From IMG/VR virus record IMGVR_UViG_3300048598_000516, positions 161 to 64,160 of that record: a stretch of DNA of 64,000 bases; one strand, written 5' to 3'. The notes beneath the pieces are model-generated. The model was given only the letters and a program-made list of their open reading frames with translations, made no database searches and was not told the DNA's origin. Below are positions 44,209 through 54,802 of the stretch, piece after piece. How positions within the stretch are numbered: position 1 is the first letter of the stretch; each line of letters opens with the position of its first letter. Made by a program: the position numbers and the translations under genes. The DNA is from a virus.

Positions 44209-47208
44209 GTGGCCACCTATCAGACATCCGTAGTCATCTCTGGCATCGACAAGCTCTCGGGGGTCCTGAACAAGATCGCCGGGAGCGCGTCTGGATTCCG
44301 GCAGAAGATTGCGGCACTCGGGCAGGCCACGATCGCCACGCCCGGATCTGCCATCGGCAAAATGGCCCATGGATCGCATGCCCTTCTGGCCCCGATCGAA
44401 CGCCTAGGCCATGGCATGTGGGAGCAGGTCAAAGAAATCGAGAAGGCGAAGCAGCAGCTCCAGAAGTCCTTCTTGATCACCGACCTCCTCGACGCCGGCA
44501 GCAAGGAGGTCGAGGAGTACAACCAGCTTATCCAGAAGGCGGAGGACCTGACGAAAAACAGCGCGCTCTACCGCCTGCAGGACAACATCGAAGCGATGCA
44601 GAAGATCCGGTCGATGAACGTGTCGACTGGCGACATCCTCTCGTCGATGGACGGAATAACCGCGCTCGCCTCCGTTCAACATGAGCCTCTCGATGCCGTC
44701 GCCGAGAGCATCGTGTCGATCACCCGCGCGATGTATGGACTGGCGGAGTCTCCAGAGCAGTTTCGCCGACAGCTCGACATGACGTCGAACACGGCGGCGA
44801 TCATGTCCAAGCGGCTCGGCATCAGCGTCGCCAGCCTGCACCAGATCACGAAGAACGCCGCCCCGGCCTTCCGGATGCTCGCGCACCCCGAGCTTGCCGC
44901 ACTCGACAAGCAGATCGAGCACGCGACGAGCCCGGTCGACAAGGAGGAGCTGAGGAAGAAAAAGGACGCAGTGCTCAACGAGAGCTGGCTGCGCCTCAAC
45001 TCGTTCGCGGCAGCCCTCAAGACGTCAGGCTTCCAAGACGAAGAAATCGGCAATGCCCTCAAGGCGATCGGCACCCGCGCAACGGCACCGACCCCGAAGG
45101 CCATCGACGAGCTGCGTCGCAACGGCATCAATCCCTACGAGTACATTAGCTTCCGGCCGGACTTGCTGTCGGGACAATCGATCGCCGGCGACCTGTCAGG
45201 CCGCTTCGGCGAGGATTTCAAGAAGCATGCCCCGGCGATCCAGAAGGCGATCGACTCCGCAGGCAACGACTACTGGAAAATTCAGGATGCGATCGTCGGT
45301 ATCGTGAAGGGGACCGGCCACTTCGACAAGGGTGGCGACAAGGCCTTCACGATGGATACCATCAAGAAGACGATGCGCGGATCCATGGAGTCAGCCGACC
45401 TCGTCAAGCTGATGAAGCTCGGCCACGAGAAACAGCTCACCCCAGCCGCGATGCAGGCGCTCGCGTCGCTCTACCACATCTCCAAGTTCGTCGACATGAC
45501 GCCGCAAGCCTACGGGCAGGAACGCGGTGTTCTCGACAAGGAAATGGCCCGCCAGCAGAACCGCATGGAGATGCTCAAGGCAATCGCGCAGGGCGGCCTC
45601 CCCGGTGCCTTGCAAGCTCTCACGGCGTCGTTCTCTGCCTTCTCGAACGAGATCTTCAAGACGGTTCGCGGCGATGTCGTCGATGGCATCCTCGACCTTC
45701 GTAATGCGCTCTACAGCATTTCCGACTTCGCCAAGGCGCACCCGTCGCTGTTCAAGAGCCTCGCTCTGGGTATCGCGGCCTTTGCCGCCCTCGGCCCCGC
45801 ATACTTCGTCCTGTCTTCAACTTTCGCGGCCCTGTCTGCTCTGCTCTCGCTTCCTCTGTGGGGATTCATTGCGGCGGCGGTCGGCGTCTACAAGTGGTTG
45901 TCGAACGTTGCCGGTCTTGGCGACGCTGCTGCCTCTGCGCTCAAGTGGGTGGGCTGGGGTCTTGAGGCGTTCGGAGATGGCCTGACCAAGCTGTTCAACG
46001 GCGACGTAACCGGCGCGATGGACCGATTCCGCAGCTCGTGGGGCGGCCTCGTGATGGCGTTCAACCAGTTCGCCAAGCTCGACTTCGCAGGGGCTTGGGG
46101 AAAGCTGAACGGCGTGCAGAAGGCCATGGTCAGTGTCGGATCTGCCGTCGTCGCGTTGCGTTATGCCTTCCCGCTTCTCCGGTTCTTGCTTGGCAAGGGG
46201 GCGATTGGCGGCGTCATGGCGTGGCGTGGTCTGGCGCGAGCGATCGGCGCAGTCGCCGTCCCCATGCTTGCGCTCGCGCGGATCCGAGGCATCGGGGCGC
46301 TCGCCGGCCTTTCGATGGGGATTGCCGGTGCCGGCGGGCTGATGGCTTTCGTCAGGTCGATCACGCTCGCCGGCGCCGCCGCCGGCGTCCTTCGCCTCGG
46401 CCTCGCGGCGCTCGGCTTCGGGCTTCGAGTGCTACTTGGCCCGATCTCGATGCTGATCACCGGCATCACCGCGCTCGTCACCCACTGGGGTGAATTCACC
46501 GGGCTCCTCATGGCCGGACTCGGAAACGCCGCGACCGCCGTGGTTGAACTCGGGAAGGCGATCGTGGCAGCGTTTCGTGGCGATTGGAGTGGCGTTTTCA
46601 ACCATCTACTCGACTCGGCCATCGCCACGTTCTCTGCGATCGGAGACATTGCGACGGCAGCCGTCAAGGCGATCTTCGTTGGCCTTGTCGACATGTTCGG
46701 CGGCGATGGAGTCGCTGCTTGGAACCATCTCGTCAACATTGTGTCTGCGGTTCTAAACACCGTGAAGGACTCGGTCTCCGGCGCCGTCGATTTCATTCAG
46801 GGCGTCTGGAGCAGCCTTGATCTGGCTGCCCCGTTCCGTGCCGCAATGCCGGCCGCTGAGGCCGCCATTGCGAAGGTGAGAGAACTCCTCGGCCTGCAGG
46901 GGTCGTCCGGAGCGCTCGACCCGAACGGCTACAACAAGGGCGGCTTCTTCAAGGACGACGGGTACGAGTACCTGCCCGACGGCAGCCGGAAGAAGAAGCT
47001 GTCGAGCTTCTCGGAACAGGGTGTGCGCACCAACAGTGCCCTAGCCCCGACCACCAACGTGACGATCGACCCGAACAGCGCCGTCAACGTGTCCGGCTCT
47101 GCCGACGTCAACGTGACGGTGAAGGTTGACGCCCCGAAGGGGCTTAACGCCACGGGCACGGCGACGGCGAAGACAGTCCCGCTCAAGAGAGGGACGAACT
47201 TCGCGTGA
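44209..47208 (+). CDS. tape measure protein
   Basis: 999 aa, Ala/Gly-rich amphipathic helices; follows the chaperones. Confidence 0.92.
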   Translation: MATYQTSVVISGIDKLSGVLNKIAGSASGFRQKIAALGQATIATPGSAIGKMAHGSHALLAPIERLGHGMWEQVKEIEKAKQQLQKSFLITDLLDAGSKEVEEYNQLIQKAEDLTKNSALYRLQDNIEAMQKIRSMNVSTGDILSSMDGITALASVQHEPLDAVAESIVSITRAMYGLAESPEQFRRQLDMTSNTAAIMSKRLGISVASLHQITKNAAPAFRMLAHPELAALDKQIEHATSPVDKEELRKKKDAVLNESWLRLNSFAAALKTSGFQDEEIGNALKAIGTRATAPTPKAIDELRRNGINPYEYISFRPDLLSGQSIAGDLSGRFGEDFKKHAPAIQKAIDSAGNDYWKIQDAIVGIVKGTGHFDKGGDKAFTMDTIKKTMRGSMESADLVKLMKLGHEKQLTPAAMQALASLYHISKFVDMTPQAYGQERGVLDKEMARQQNRMEMLKAIAQGGLPGALQALTASFSAFSNEIFKTVRGDVVDGILDLRNALYSISDFAKAHPSLFKSLALGIAAFAALGPAYFVLSSTFAALSALLSLPLWGFIAAAVGVYKWLSNVAGLGDAAASALKWVGWGLEAFGDGLTKLFNGDVTGAMDRFRSSWGGLVMAFNQFAKLDFAGAWGKLNGVQKAMVSVGSAVVALRYAFPLLRFLLGKGAIGGVMAWRGLARAIGAVAVPMLALARIRGIGALAGLSMGIAGAGGLMAFVRSITLAGAAAGVLRLGLAALGFGLRVLLGPISMLITGITALVTHWGEFTGLLMAGLGNAATAVVELGKAIVAAFRGDWSGVFNHLLDSAIATFSAIGDIATAAVKAIFVGLVDMFGGDGVAAWNHLVNIVSAVLNTVKDSVSGAVDFIQGVWSSLDLAAPFRAAMPAAEAAIAKVRELLGLQGSSGALDPNGYNKGGFFKDDGYEYLPDGSRKKKLSSFSEQGVRTNSALAPTTNVTIDPNSAVNVSGSADVNVTVKVDAPKGLNATGTATAKTVPLKRGTNFA

Positions 47209-47292
47209 TCTTGTGGGGACCAGCTGGTGAAGTGGAATTGATATTCCGTCACCAAGTTTGACATGTCCTGAGCAAGAGCACCGGAGACACCA

Positions 47293-47862
47293 TTGCTCAT
47301 CAGGTTCATCGTCGAGAACTCCATCGTCTCTTACAAGACGAAGGATGCTCTGATCTCTGATCACTATCACTCTGGCGACGTCGCAGACGTTGCCGAGCTT
47401 GATGCGCTGAACCTCATTTCTTCTGGAGCGGCTGAATCGGCGATTGGTGGGATGCTCAACCGCCCATTCTGGCGCGAGGCGAAGCCGATCGAGCCGGTAA
47501 CCGTATCGCAGTCGACGGGCCGGCCATCGGCAACGACGACCGTCGTCGACCTCGGTCGTATCACGACTTCGCTCGAAATCGACTTGGCGGCAGGGAACAC
47601 CTTCAAGGCCACCATGTCGTCCGACATAACGTCGATCTCATTCGCTCGTGGAAACATTAGCGACAGATCGCAACGCGTCGTCGTCTACCTCCAGCAAGAT
47701 GAATCCGGGTCTCACATCATCAACACGCCGACCGGCTTAGTGCGGTGGCCCGATGGTGACATGCCTGAACTTTCGAGTTCGGCGTGGTCAGTCGACTGCA
47801 TCGTGTTCGACATCATCGGAAGCACCGTTTTCGGGAACCTTGCCGGCGTCAACTACTTGTGA
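47293..47862 (+). CDS. fibre-associated hypothetical protein
   Basis: C-terminal IDLAAGNTF...YLQQD...VRWPDG...DCIVF beta-sandwich pattern typical of phage fibres. Confidence 0.55.
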   Translation: MLIRFIVENSIVSYKTKDALISDHYHSGDVADVAELDALNLISSGAAESAIGGMLNRPFWREAKPIEPVTVSQSTGRPSATTTVVDLGRITTSLEIDLAAGNTFKATMSSDITSISFARGNISDRSQRVVVYLQQDESGSHIINTPTGLVRWPDGDMPELSSSAWSVDCIVFDIIGSTVFGNLAGVNYL

Positions 47863-47868
47863 GGGCCA

Positions 47869-48270
47869 ATGGCCATTCAGTTCTCTGTCTCCGTCCGAAA
47901 CGCCCGTCTCGATGCGATCGAGACGGCGATCGGAACCGCGCCGAAGCTCCTTCTCTACACCGGCGCCGCGCCGGCGAACTGCGCTGCGGCAGCAACCGGG
48001 ACGCTGCTCGCGACGCTCACCCTCCCGTCGGACTGGGAAGCGACGGCCGCCGCCGGCTCGAAGGCGATCACGAACGGCCCGTGGGCCGGCACTGCATCGG
48101 CTTCGGGCACTGCAGGCTATTTCCGCGTCACCGACTCCGCCGGGTCGAACTGCCACATTCAGGGCACCGTCGGGCAGGGATCCGGAGACCTTTCGTTCGA
48201 CAACCCCGTGCTGGCGACAGGGCAGACCATCAACGTCACGGCGTTCACGCTGACCGACGGCAACGCGTGA
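47869..48270 (+). CDS. conserved virion structural protein
   Basis: MAIQFSVSVRNARLDAIETAIG...LLLYTG...GTAGYFR family pattern. Confidence 0.65.
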   Translation: MAIQFSVSVRNARLDAIETAIGTAPKLLLYTGAAPANCAAAATGTLLATLTLPSDWEATAAAGSKAITNGPWAGTASASGTAGYFRVTDSAGSNCHIQGTVGQGSGDLSFDNPVLATGQTINVTAFTLTDGNA

Positions 48271-48277
48271 GGACTCG

Positions 48278-49009
48278 ATGGGAAAGCTCGTCAATCGCGC
48301 GCGGATGCTCGTCGCGGCGGCGCCCGGAACCGGCGCCATCACGCTCGGGAGCGCTGCGGCGGGTCACCAGACGTTCGCCGCCGCCGGGCTGGGCGATGGC
48401 GACGTCGTGTCGTACGTCGCCGAGGGCGGATATGCAAACGGCATCCCTGCGGTTTGGGAATATGGCCAAGGGACTTATTCGGCGAGTGGTCCTGCCCTGA
48501 CAAGAACCACTGTTCAGGGAGGGACATCGGGAACGACGGCAGTCGCACTCCCGGCGGACTCGCAGGTGTTCATTGCGCCGCTCGCCGTGGACCTCGGTGT
48601 ACCGACGGGAACGGTGATCTACTTCGCCTCCAGCACGGCACCGGCCGGGTTCTTGAAGGCGAACGGGGCGCTCGTGTCCCGCACGACCTATGCCGCCCTG
48701 TTCGCGGCGATCGGCACGACCTTCGGTGCTGGTGACGGCAGCACCACGTTCGCGCTCCCCGACCTTCGCGGCGAGTTCGTTCGCGGTTGGGACGACGCTC
48801 GCGGCGTCGACAGCGGGCGCACCTTCGGATCGGCCCAGGCCGACGCGTTCCGGTCGCACACGCACCCTGCTGCCGTCGGCGGCAGTGCCTACGGCGGTTA
48901 CTGGCAGCCCGGCAGCAACATGTACACGACCGGCACAGAAACCGGCGCATCCGGCGGGTCCGAGACGCGCCCTCGCAACGTCGCCCTTCTCGCGTGCATC
49001 AAATATTGA
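48278..49009 (+). CDS. fibre protein with phage tail-collar domain
   Basis: GTVIYFASSTAPAGFLKANG...YAALFAAIGTTFGAGDGSTTFALPDLRGEFVRG; ETRPRNVALLACIKY. Confidence 0.88.
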   Translation: MGKLVNRARMLVAAAPGTGAITLGSAAAGHQTFAAAGLGDGDVVSYVAEGGYANGIPAVWEYGQGTYSASGPALTRTTVQGGTSGTTAVALPADSQVFIAPLAVDLGVPTGTVIYFASSTAPAGFLKANGALVSRTTYAALFAAIGTTFGAGDGSTTFALPDLRGEFVRGWDDARGVDSGRTFGSAQADAFRSHTHPAAVGGSAYGGYWQPGSNMYTTGTETGASGGSETRPRNVALLACIKY

Positions 49010-49015
49010 GGCCTG

Positions 49016-49588
49016 ATGGTGTCCAAGGTAGTCTACCAGACCAATGCGAGCGGCATCTTTGTCGGGCCGTGCCTTGCGGACGAAAGCCCCCTCGAACAGG
49101 GCGTCTGGCTGATACCGGCCGGATGTGTCGACGCGCCGCCGCCGGATGTGCCGGATGGGTCGCAGGCGCGCTGGAATCATACCGAGTGGGTGGTTGAGCC
49201 CATTCCCTCGCAGGATTCCGGACAGGCGAAAGATCCTGAACCCGACATCCCGACTGAGGGTGATCTACTCGCCTACGCCGCTTCGCGGCGGTTCTCGATT
49301 GAGACCGGCGGAATCACCGTTGGCGGGGTCGCGATCGATACGTCGAGGGATAGTCAGTCGATGATTTCAGGCGCTCTGACCTATGTTCAGACGTCTGGAA
49401 AAAGCAGCGTCGAGTTCAAAGCGTCCTCTGGCTGGGTAACGCTGTCCGCCGAACAGATCCGCGACATCGCAATTGCAGTCGCGGGCCATGTCCAGAGCTG
49501 CTTTTCCCGCGAGCGCATGGCAGACGAGGCCATCTCCGCCGGGGCGATCACCACGTACGCCGAGATCGACGCGCTGATCGCCGGCTGA
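49016..49588 (+). CDS. fibre assembly chaperone (DUF4376-like)
   Basis: VYQTNASGIFVG...ESPLEQGVWLIPA; RRFSIETGGI...IDTSRDSQ...HVQSCF. Confidence 0.8.
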   Translation: MVSKVVYQTNASGIFVGPCLADESPLEQGVWLIPAGCVDAPPPDVPDGSQARWNHTEWVVEPIPSQDSGQAKDPEPDIPTEGDLLAYAASRRFSIETGGITVGGVAIDTSRDSQSMISGALTYVQTSGKSSVEFKASSGWVTLSAEQIRDIAIAVAGHVQSCFSRERMADEAISAGAITTYAEIDALIAG

Positions 49589-49604
49589 CCTCGGCGTATA
49601 GTCA

Positions 49605-50861
49605 ATGCTTGGCTCGGCACCCCTCGCAACACTGCCGCTCGCTACGCGACAGGCAACGCCGTCGGCGCGGGCCGCAAGCGTTTCCCAAGCGCTTTCTGCC
49701 GCCTCCGTGCTTGCCACAGCGCGGGCGCGGGCGGCGGCGGCGGCTGGCCTAGCGCCATCGCCTGCACAGCTATTTGCGGCTTCCTCAGCGAAGAGCAAAG
49801 CCAGCGGTGTATCAGGCGCGCTGACGGGCGCCACTACTGCGGCAACCGCGTCGGCAAAGACGGCAGCGGCTCTGTCCATAGCAACCGCCACGGCAATCGC
49901 CAGCGGCGCCGCCCGAGTGTCGGCAAACGCCGCTGGAAATTCGTTTGCAGAGCGCCTTGCCGCGTCGGTGGTAGCGACTGCAGTCTCTTCCGCGTCGATC
50001 TCGCCATCTCCGCTCGCCGCCTGCACGTCGTCGGGAACCGGCGTCAGAATTTCCACCGCTCGCCTCGTCGACAACGTCACGACGGGAGGAGTCCTCGGCG
50101 GGTTTGCAATCGGCTCTGGCGCCCTCGCTGGCGTTCAGTCTGGACGTGTCACCCTAGATGCGTCGGCAGCCACTGCAACTGCAGTTGCGGTGTCGATTGG
50201 ACACGGCACGAGTCAGCTAGCCGACCTTGCTGCTGCGTCCGACGCATCTCGATGCGCTACCGGATCGCTGCTCGCGTCGCTGGATCTCCTGACTCTTGCC
50301 GGCAGCAGCGCGTTAGTTTCCTCCGCCACTGGTTCTGCGCATATCGGCGGCGCGTCGTCTGCATCTGATGCCATCGTCGTTTGCACCGGATATTTGACTG
50401 CGTCCATGGCGGCGTGCCGAGGTGCCGGTGCCGTTGCGGCGGTTGCCACGGCCCGCGCCGCCGGCTATGGGGCCGCTCCTTCTTGGTCGTCGCTTGCGAC
50501 GTCCGCAATAGGGTCGACGCCGCCTGCTCAGCCATCGATTCGGTTGTCAACGCTCGATGCGACCGCGCGCGTTTTTACGACCGCATCCGGGTCGTCGGCT
50601 CTCGACGATTCCTCATCGTCGATTTCTGGTGGCACCATTGCCGTCGCCGAGGTGCTCGTTCACGTCGGCACCGCGGCGTCCATGGCGGCTGCCTTCGCCA
50701 CAACCTCTGGCGCAGTGGACGTCGACACGGCGCCGATCGCCACGGCCGCGAACGCGCGCGCTGTCGCTTCAATGATCCTCTCGTCGGCGCTGAAAGATAC
50801 GAGCCTAGTCGCAACCACCAAGAGAAAGCGCAGATACGGCGCCATACTTATTGCTGCATAA
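49605..50861 (+). CDS. Ala/Ser/Thr-rich low-complexity fibre-like protein
   Basis: MLGSAPLATLPLA start; 418 aa of pseudo-repeats. Confidence 0.65.
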   Translation: MLGSAPLATLPLATRQATPSARAASVSQALSAASVLATARARAAAAAGLAPSPAQLFAASSAKSKASGVSGALTGATTAATASAKTAAALSIATATAIASGAARVSANAAGNSFAERLAASVVATAVSSASISPSPLAACTSSGTGVRISTARLVDNVTTGGVLGGFAIGSGALAGVQSGRVTLDASAATATAVAVSIGHGTSQLADLAAASDASRCATGSLLASLDLLTLAGSSALVSSATGSAHIGGASSASDAIVVCTGYLTASMAACRGAGAVAAVATARAAGYGAAPSWSSLATSAIGSTPPAQPSIRLSTLDATARVFTTASGSSALDDSSSSISGGTIAVAEVLVHVGTAASMAAAFATTSGAVDVDTAPIATAANARAVASMILSSALKDTSLVATTKRKRRYGAILIAA

Positions 50862-51090
50862 TGCAGAGCAATAGTAACTACCCCCAATTAGGACTCTCTA
50901 TGCGAGCATTGAACGGTCGAACAGCACCGAGAAATTCCTGAATTCTTTCAGACGGTTGAATCCTGCAACCGATGTTTGCAAATATGGGCAACTTTTCCAC
51001 ATGTAATTTAGTTGCAGGTGAGATTTCGACGATATTTGCTTGATGACATCCGCGCACTGAAATACCTTACGTCAGGCAAAGACATAGGAA

Positions 51091-51273
51091 ATGTCTCGCA
51101 TCTACAAATGGAAGAAGTCCGTGATGAAGAACGTACTTGAGAATTACCTGTGCTGGCTTACGACAGAGGTCGTTCTTACGAAGATAGCTCTCGGCGATGT
51201 CGACGACCCCAGAGCTGCTGCCGAGCAATTAATATCGGCTCGGGCGGACATCATATTAAGCAACATCGCGTGA
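51091..51273 (+). CDS. 60 aa moron-like protein
   Basis: AGGA RBS; AT-rich upstream region; own terminator. Confidence 0.6.
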   Translation: MSRIYKWKKSVMKNVLENYLCWLTTEVVLTKIALGDVDDPRAAAEQLISARADIILSNIA

Positions 51274-51288
51274 AACATTGTGGGGATC

Positions 51289-51320
51289 GAAACCCGGCTG
51301 CGCACGGCAGCCGGGTTTTT
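51289..51320 (+). terminator. intrinsic terminator
   Basis: AAACCCGGCTG-CGCACGG-CAGCCGGGTTT hairpin running into a T tract. Confidence 0.85.
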
Positions 51321-51413
51321 TGCGAGTTCACGCACCGCCACATCACCAGATCGAGGATGCCGGCCAGCGGCCGGTCGGGTCGGTGATGATCCATGGGCGT
51401 GTGAGGCGAAGGC

Positions 51414-52640
51414 GTGAGCACCTGCTACACTGGTGATGATCTGCTGCACCAGCTACGACCGGGGTCATACGCTGGCGTCAATTTTTGGGTGGAGTCGTCG
51501 ACTGACAAGTATGGGCGACGCATCGTCGTCCATGAGTTCCCTCTGCGAGATGCGCCGTTCATCGAGGATCTTGGCGAGAAGGCGCGGACCTACGACATCG
51601 AGGGATATCTGTCGGGCGGCGATTGGATGGATCAGCGCGACGCGCTGATCGCCGCGTCAACCAGCGGCGGCCTCTCGACCCTCGTCCATCCGTTCTATTC
51701 GCGCGACATGATCTGCGCGCTCAAGGACATCTCGTTCGACAACAGGCTCGACTCGCTCGGCAAGGTCCGCTTCACGGCGAGCTTCGTCGAGCAGAACGAT
51801 GACCTTGGAGCCGGAGAGATCGTCGCTCTGGCAGCGTCGCTCTTCGGCCTCGAAGGCGCCGTGTTCTCGGCAATCTCCGCCCTCGTATCGGCCGTACCGA
51901 CGGTATGGAGCATTGCGTCGGCGGCTGATTTCGTCGTCTCCGGCAGCATCGACCTGATACGGTCGTGGGCGGCCTTGTTCGATGGAACGTTCCGTCTGAC
52001 GCTTGGGCTGGGGACGAGTTCGGCACTCCTACGGAAGGTTGAGCAACTATACTCCGACGCGCCTGCACTGGCAGCAAACCCGTCCGATCTCACGGGAAGA
52101 GTTTCCGCGATCTTTGACGCGGCGCTCGATACTGACGCCGCCGCCGCCTCTGACGTCGCCGACGCCATGGCGCGCATCTACGACTATGGCTCGGATGCCT
52201 CTCGGGTGAAGCCGGAGTCGGCCTCAGACACGATCTATTGGCGCAATTCGATTGCGCTGAACGACGCGCTTCGCCGGGCCGTCGTGGCTGCGTATTGCCT
52301 CTGTGTCGCGCGGCGGCCGTTTGGTAGCCAGCAGGAGGCGCTCTCCGCCAGAAACAGAATGATCCGAGTGCTGGAGCGCGAAGCTCTGCTCATGGACGAG
52401 GAAGAGCCTGACGTGATCGAGGCGTGGACGAAGATGCGCACCCGGGCGATCGAGGCCTTCACGATCTCTACTGCATACCTCAAGCCAGCAATTTCCGTTA
52501 CGTCCCCGCAGCTCACCACATCGCTGTTCATGGCGACGAAGATCTACGCCGACCCAGAGCGATCGACCGAGATCTGGGAGCGAAACGGCGCCACACACCC
52601 CTGCCTGATTGGCACCAGCATCGAGGTTCTGGCGCGATGA
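51414..52640 (+). CDS. Mu gp43-like DNA circularization / baseplate-associated protein
   Basis: LRPGSYAGVNF...YGRRIVVHEFPLRDAPFIEDLGEKAR...LVHP. Confidence 0.92.
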   Translation: MSTCYTGDDLLHQLRPGSYAGVNFWVESSTDKYGRRIVVHEFPLRDAPFIEDLGEKARTYDIEGYLSGGDWMDQRDALIAASTSGGLSTLVHPFYSRDMICALKDISFDNRLDSLGKVRFTASFVEQNDDLGAGEIVALAASLFGLEGAVFSAISALVSAVPTVWSIASAADFVVSGSIDLIRSWAALFDGTFRLTLGLGTSSALLRKVEQLYSDAPALAANPSDLTGRVSAIFDAALDTDAAAASDVADAMARIYDYGSDASRVKPESASDTIYWRNSIALNDALRRAVVAAYCLCVARRPFGSQQEALSARNRMIRVLEREALLMDEEEPDVIEAWTKMRTRAIEAFTISTAYLKPAISVTSPQLTTSLFMATKIYADPERSTEIWERNGATHPCLIGTSIEVLAR

Positions 52641-53731
52641 GCCTGCGCATCTTCTTCGATGGAGACGAATGGGTCGGCACCAAGTCGATCAGCGTGTCGG
52701 CGTCGAACATGGACGCGACGCGGACATTTTCCGTAGAAGTCGCCGAGGGCATCGGCACCGATGAATTCTGGCAGCCTCCGGGGACGTCCGTGCGCATCGA
52801 AACAGAGCAGGGAGACGTTGTCCTCGAAGGCTTCGTCAACAGCTTCGAGCCCGAATTCGATGAGACCGACCACAAAATTACTGTGACTGGCCGTAGCGCG
52901 TCGCAGGATTCCGTCGACAGTTCAGTTGACCACGCGACCGGCCGATTCGAGAACATGGACGCCAAGGAGATCATCGAGGCAGCTGGCGCCCCATACGGCC
53001 TTTCTGTTGAGGTCGAAGGCGACGTCAAGCTCAAGAAGCTCCAGCGCTTTCAGATCAACCAAGGCGAAACCGTACATGCCATGGCGCTTCGACTCGCGAA
53101 GTCTTGCGGGTTCGGCGTGCGCGGCGGTGCTGGTAACGCGTTCATTCTGTTTAGGTCGAAAGATGATAGTATAGGCGCGCTTGCCGAAGGCATCTTTCCC
53201 GTAAAAAAGATGAAAGCGAGCCTGTCCGATGACAAGAAGCACAAAAAACACAAGAATAAGGGACAGATGTCAGGCCATGAAGGCCGGTATGGCAAGGAGG
53301 CATCGCAGCCGAACGCGACTGTCACCGACGGATCCGTGAAGCGAAATCGTGTCAGAATCAGTGTAGTCGAACGCTCTTCTGACAGCCAGACAGCACAGGA
53401 TCGTGCTGACTGGGACGCTAGGCGTTCTGGGGCTGATCAAACGAAGATCACTTGCATCATATACGGCCATTACCTAAATGGCATCTTGGTCGAACCAAAC
53501 AAGCGCGTCGCCATAGTGTCGCCTTGGCTCAAGGTCTCTCGCGAGATGCTGATCGAAAGCGTCGAATACAAGTTCGACGATAGCGGATCAATCTCGGAAA
53601 TGGAGATCGTCGACCCGGCCGGGTGGGGTGGAAAATCCAAGAAGGGCAGCAGCGGCGCCGGTTCCGACGACGCGTGGACGACGCCTGAGTACGAGTCCAG
53701 TTCCGACGTTCCTGACGGAGCAGGAGAATGA
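52637..53731 (+). CDS. baseplate hub (Mu gp44-like)
   Basis: ITVTGRSASQDSVDSS, FQINQGETV, WDARR. Confidence 0.88.
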   Translation: MSLRIFFDGDEWVGTKSISVSASNMDATRTFSVEVAEGIGTDEFWQPPGTSVRIETEQGDVVLEGFVNSFEPEFDETDHKITVTGRSASQDSVDSSVDHATGRFENMDAKEIIEAAGAPYGLSVEVEGDVKLKKLQRFQINQGETVHAMALRLAKSCGFGVRGGAGNAFILFRSKDDSIGALAEGIFPVKKMKASLSDDKKHKKHKNKGQMSGHEGRYGKEASQPNATVTDGSVKRNRVRISVVERSSDSQTAQDRADWDARRSGADQTKITCIIYGHYLNGILVEPNKRVAIVSPWLKVSREMLIESVEYKFDDSGSISEMEIVDPAGWGGKSKKGSSGAGSDDAWTTPEYESSSDVPDGAGE

Positions 53732-54270
53732 TCGACAACCTGATCTCCCGCATCGAGCGATTGGAAGCGATGGTCGAACACGCGGCATCGAGGACGGACA
53801 ACTCCGCGATGCGCGGGTCGATTGAATCAGTCGACGACGGCCAGAAGATCCAGCGCATGAAGATCAAAGGTCGTTCCGGAGAGGAGCTGGACAAAGTCCA
53901 GCGCTGGGAGACTTGGGGCATCAGCTCGGTGCCGCCCGCCGGCAGCGACGTTCTCGTGCTCTGCAACGGGGGATACGCGGACGAGGCGCATATCGTCGGG
54001 TGCTCGACTGCAGGCAAGCGCCAGTCCGCCGGCGAGACGGGGTCCACCACCGTCTACGACGTGAACGGAAACATTCTGCAGCTCACCGCCGGGTCGGCCT
54101 TACTGAAACACGCGTCCAAGGTCGTGATCGAAGCTCCGGAAATCGTGCTGATTGGCCTCGTCAAACTCGGATCCGAGGGCGCCTCCAAGCCGGCAGCGAT
54201 GCTCGGCACGGTCGATACCGGCGGGTTCTCCGACGTTTCTGGCCTTGCCACGAAGGTCCTTGTCGAATGA
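53728..54270 (+). CDS. baseplate spike (Mu gp45 / gpV-like)
   Basis: VDDGQKIQRMKI...GISSVPPAG...GETGSTTVYD. Confidence 0.88.
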   Translation: MIDNLISRIERLEAMVEHAASRTDNSAMRGSIESVDDGQKIQRMKIKGRSGEELDKVQRWETWGISSVPPAGSDVLVLCNGGYADEAHIVGCSTAGKRQSAGETGSTTVYDVNGNILQLTAGSALLKHASKVVIEAPEIVLIGLVKLGSEGASKPAAMLGTVDTGGFSDVSGLATKVLVE

Positions 54271-54794
54271 CCGATTACAGCCAACAACAGAGCGCCAAGC
54301 CCGGTGGATGGGACACGATCTGGTCTGACCCTCTCGTCTCGGTCGGCGATTGGTCTCTGGACACAGACGGCGACCTCTCGAACGACGCGCAGCTCCATAC
54401 CGCAGTGATCTTGTGCCTGTTCACCGACGTCCGCGCTCGCGATGACGACATGCTCCCGTTCGATGACGACGACCGGCGCGGGTGGTTCGGCGACTATGTC
54501 GACCTGCGCCCTTCCGAGTTCGAAAAGCCGCTCGGCTCGCGCATGTGGCTCTACGAGCGCTCCGTGCTGACGGAGATGGTCGCTCGGTCGATCCAGCGCG
54601 AGGCACAGGCCGCCCTGTCGGTACTAACCCGTCAAGGCGCTGCGGCGAGCATTTATGTCGATCTGGAGTGGAGTGCTGAAAACCAATATGTAAAGCTCCG
54701 AATTCAGATCTACTCGAAAGATGGGACTCTGAAATACGACCAGCGCTTCATGCGCTATTGGAAGCAAGTTCATCCCGAAATCTCGTCGAACTGA
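54267..54794 (+). CDS. baseplate wedge protein (Mu gp46-like)
   Basis: LHTAVILCLFTDVRA...RRGWFGD...LGSRMWL. Confidence 0.9.
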   Translation: MTDYSQQQSAKPGGWDTIWSDPLVSVGDWSLDTDGDLSNDAQLHTAVILCLFTDVRARDDDMLPFDDDDRRGWFGDYVDLRPSEFEKPLGSRMWLYERSVLTEMVARSIQREAQAALSVLTRQGAAASIYVDLEWSAENQYVKLRIQIYSKDGTLKYDQRFMRYWKQVHPEISSN

Positions 54795-54802
54795 GGCAGG
54801 CA

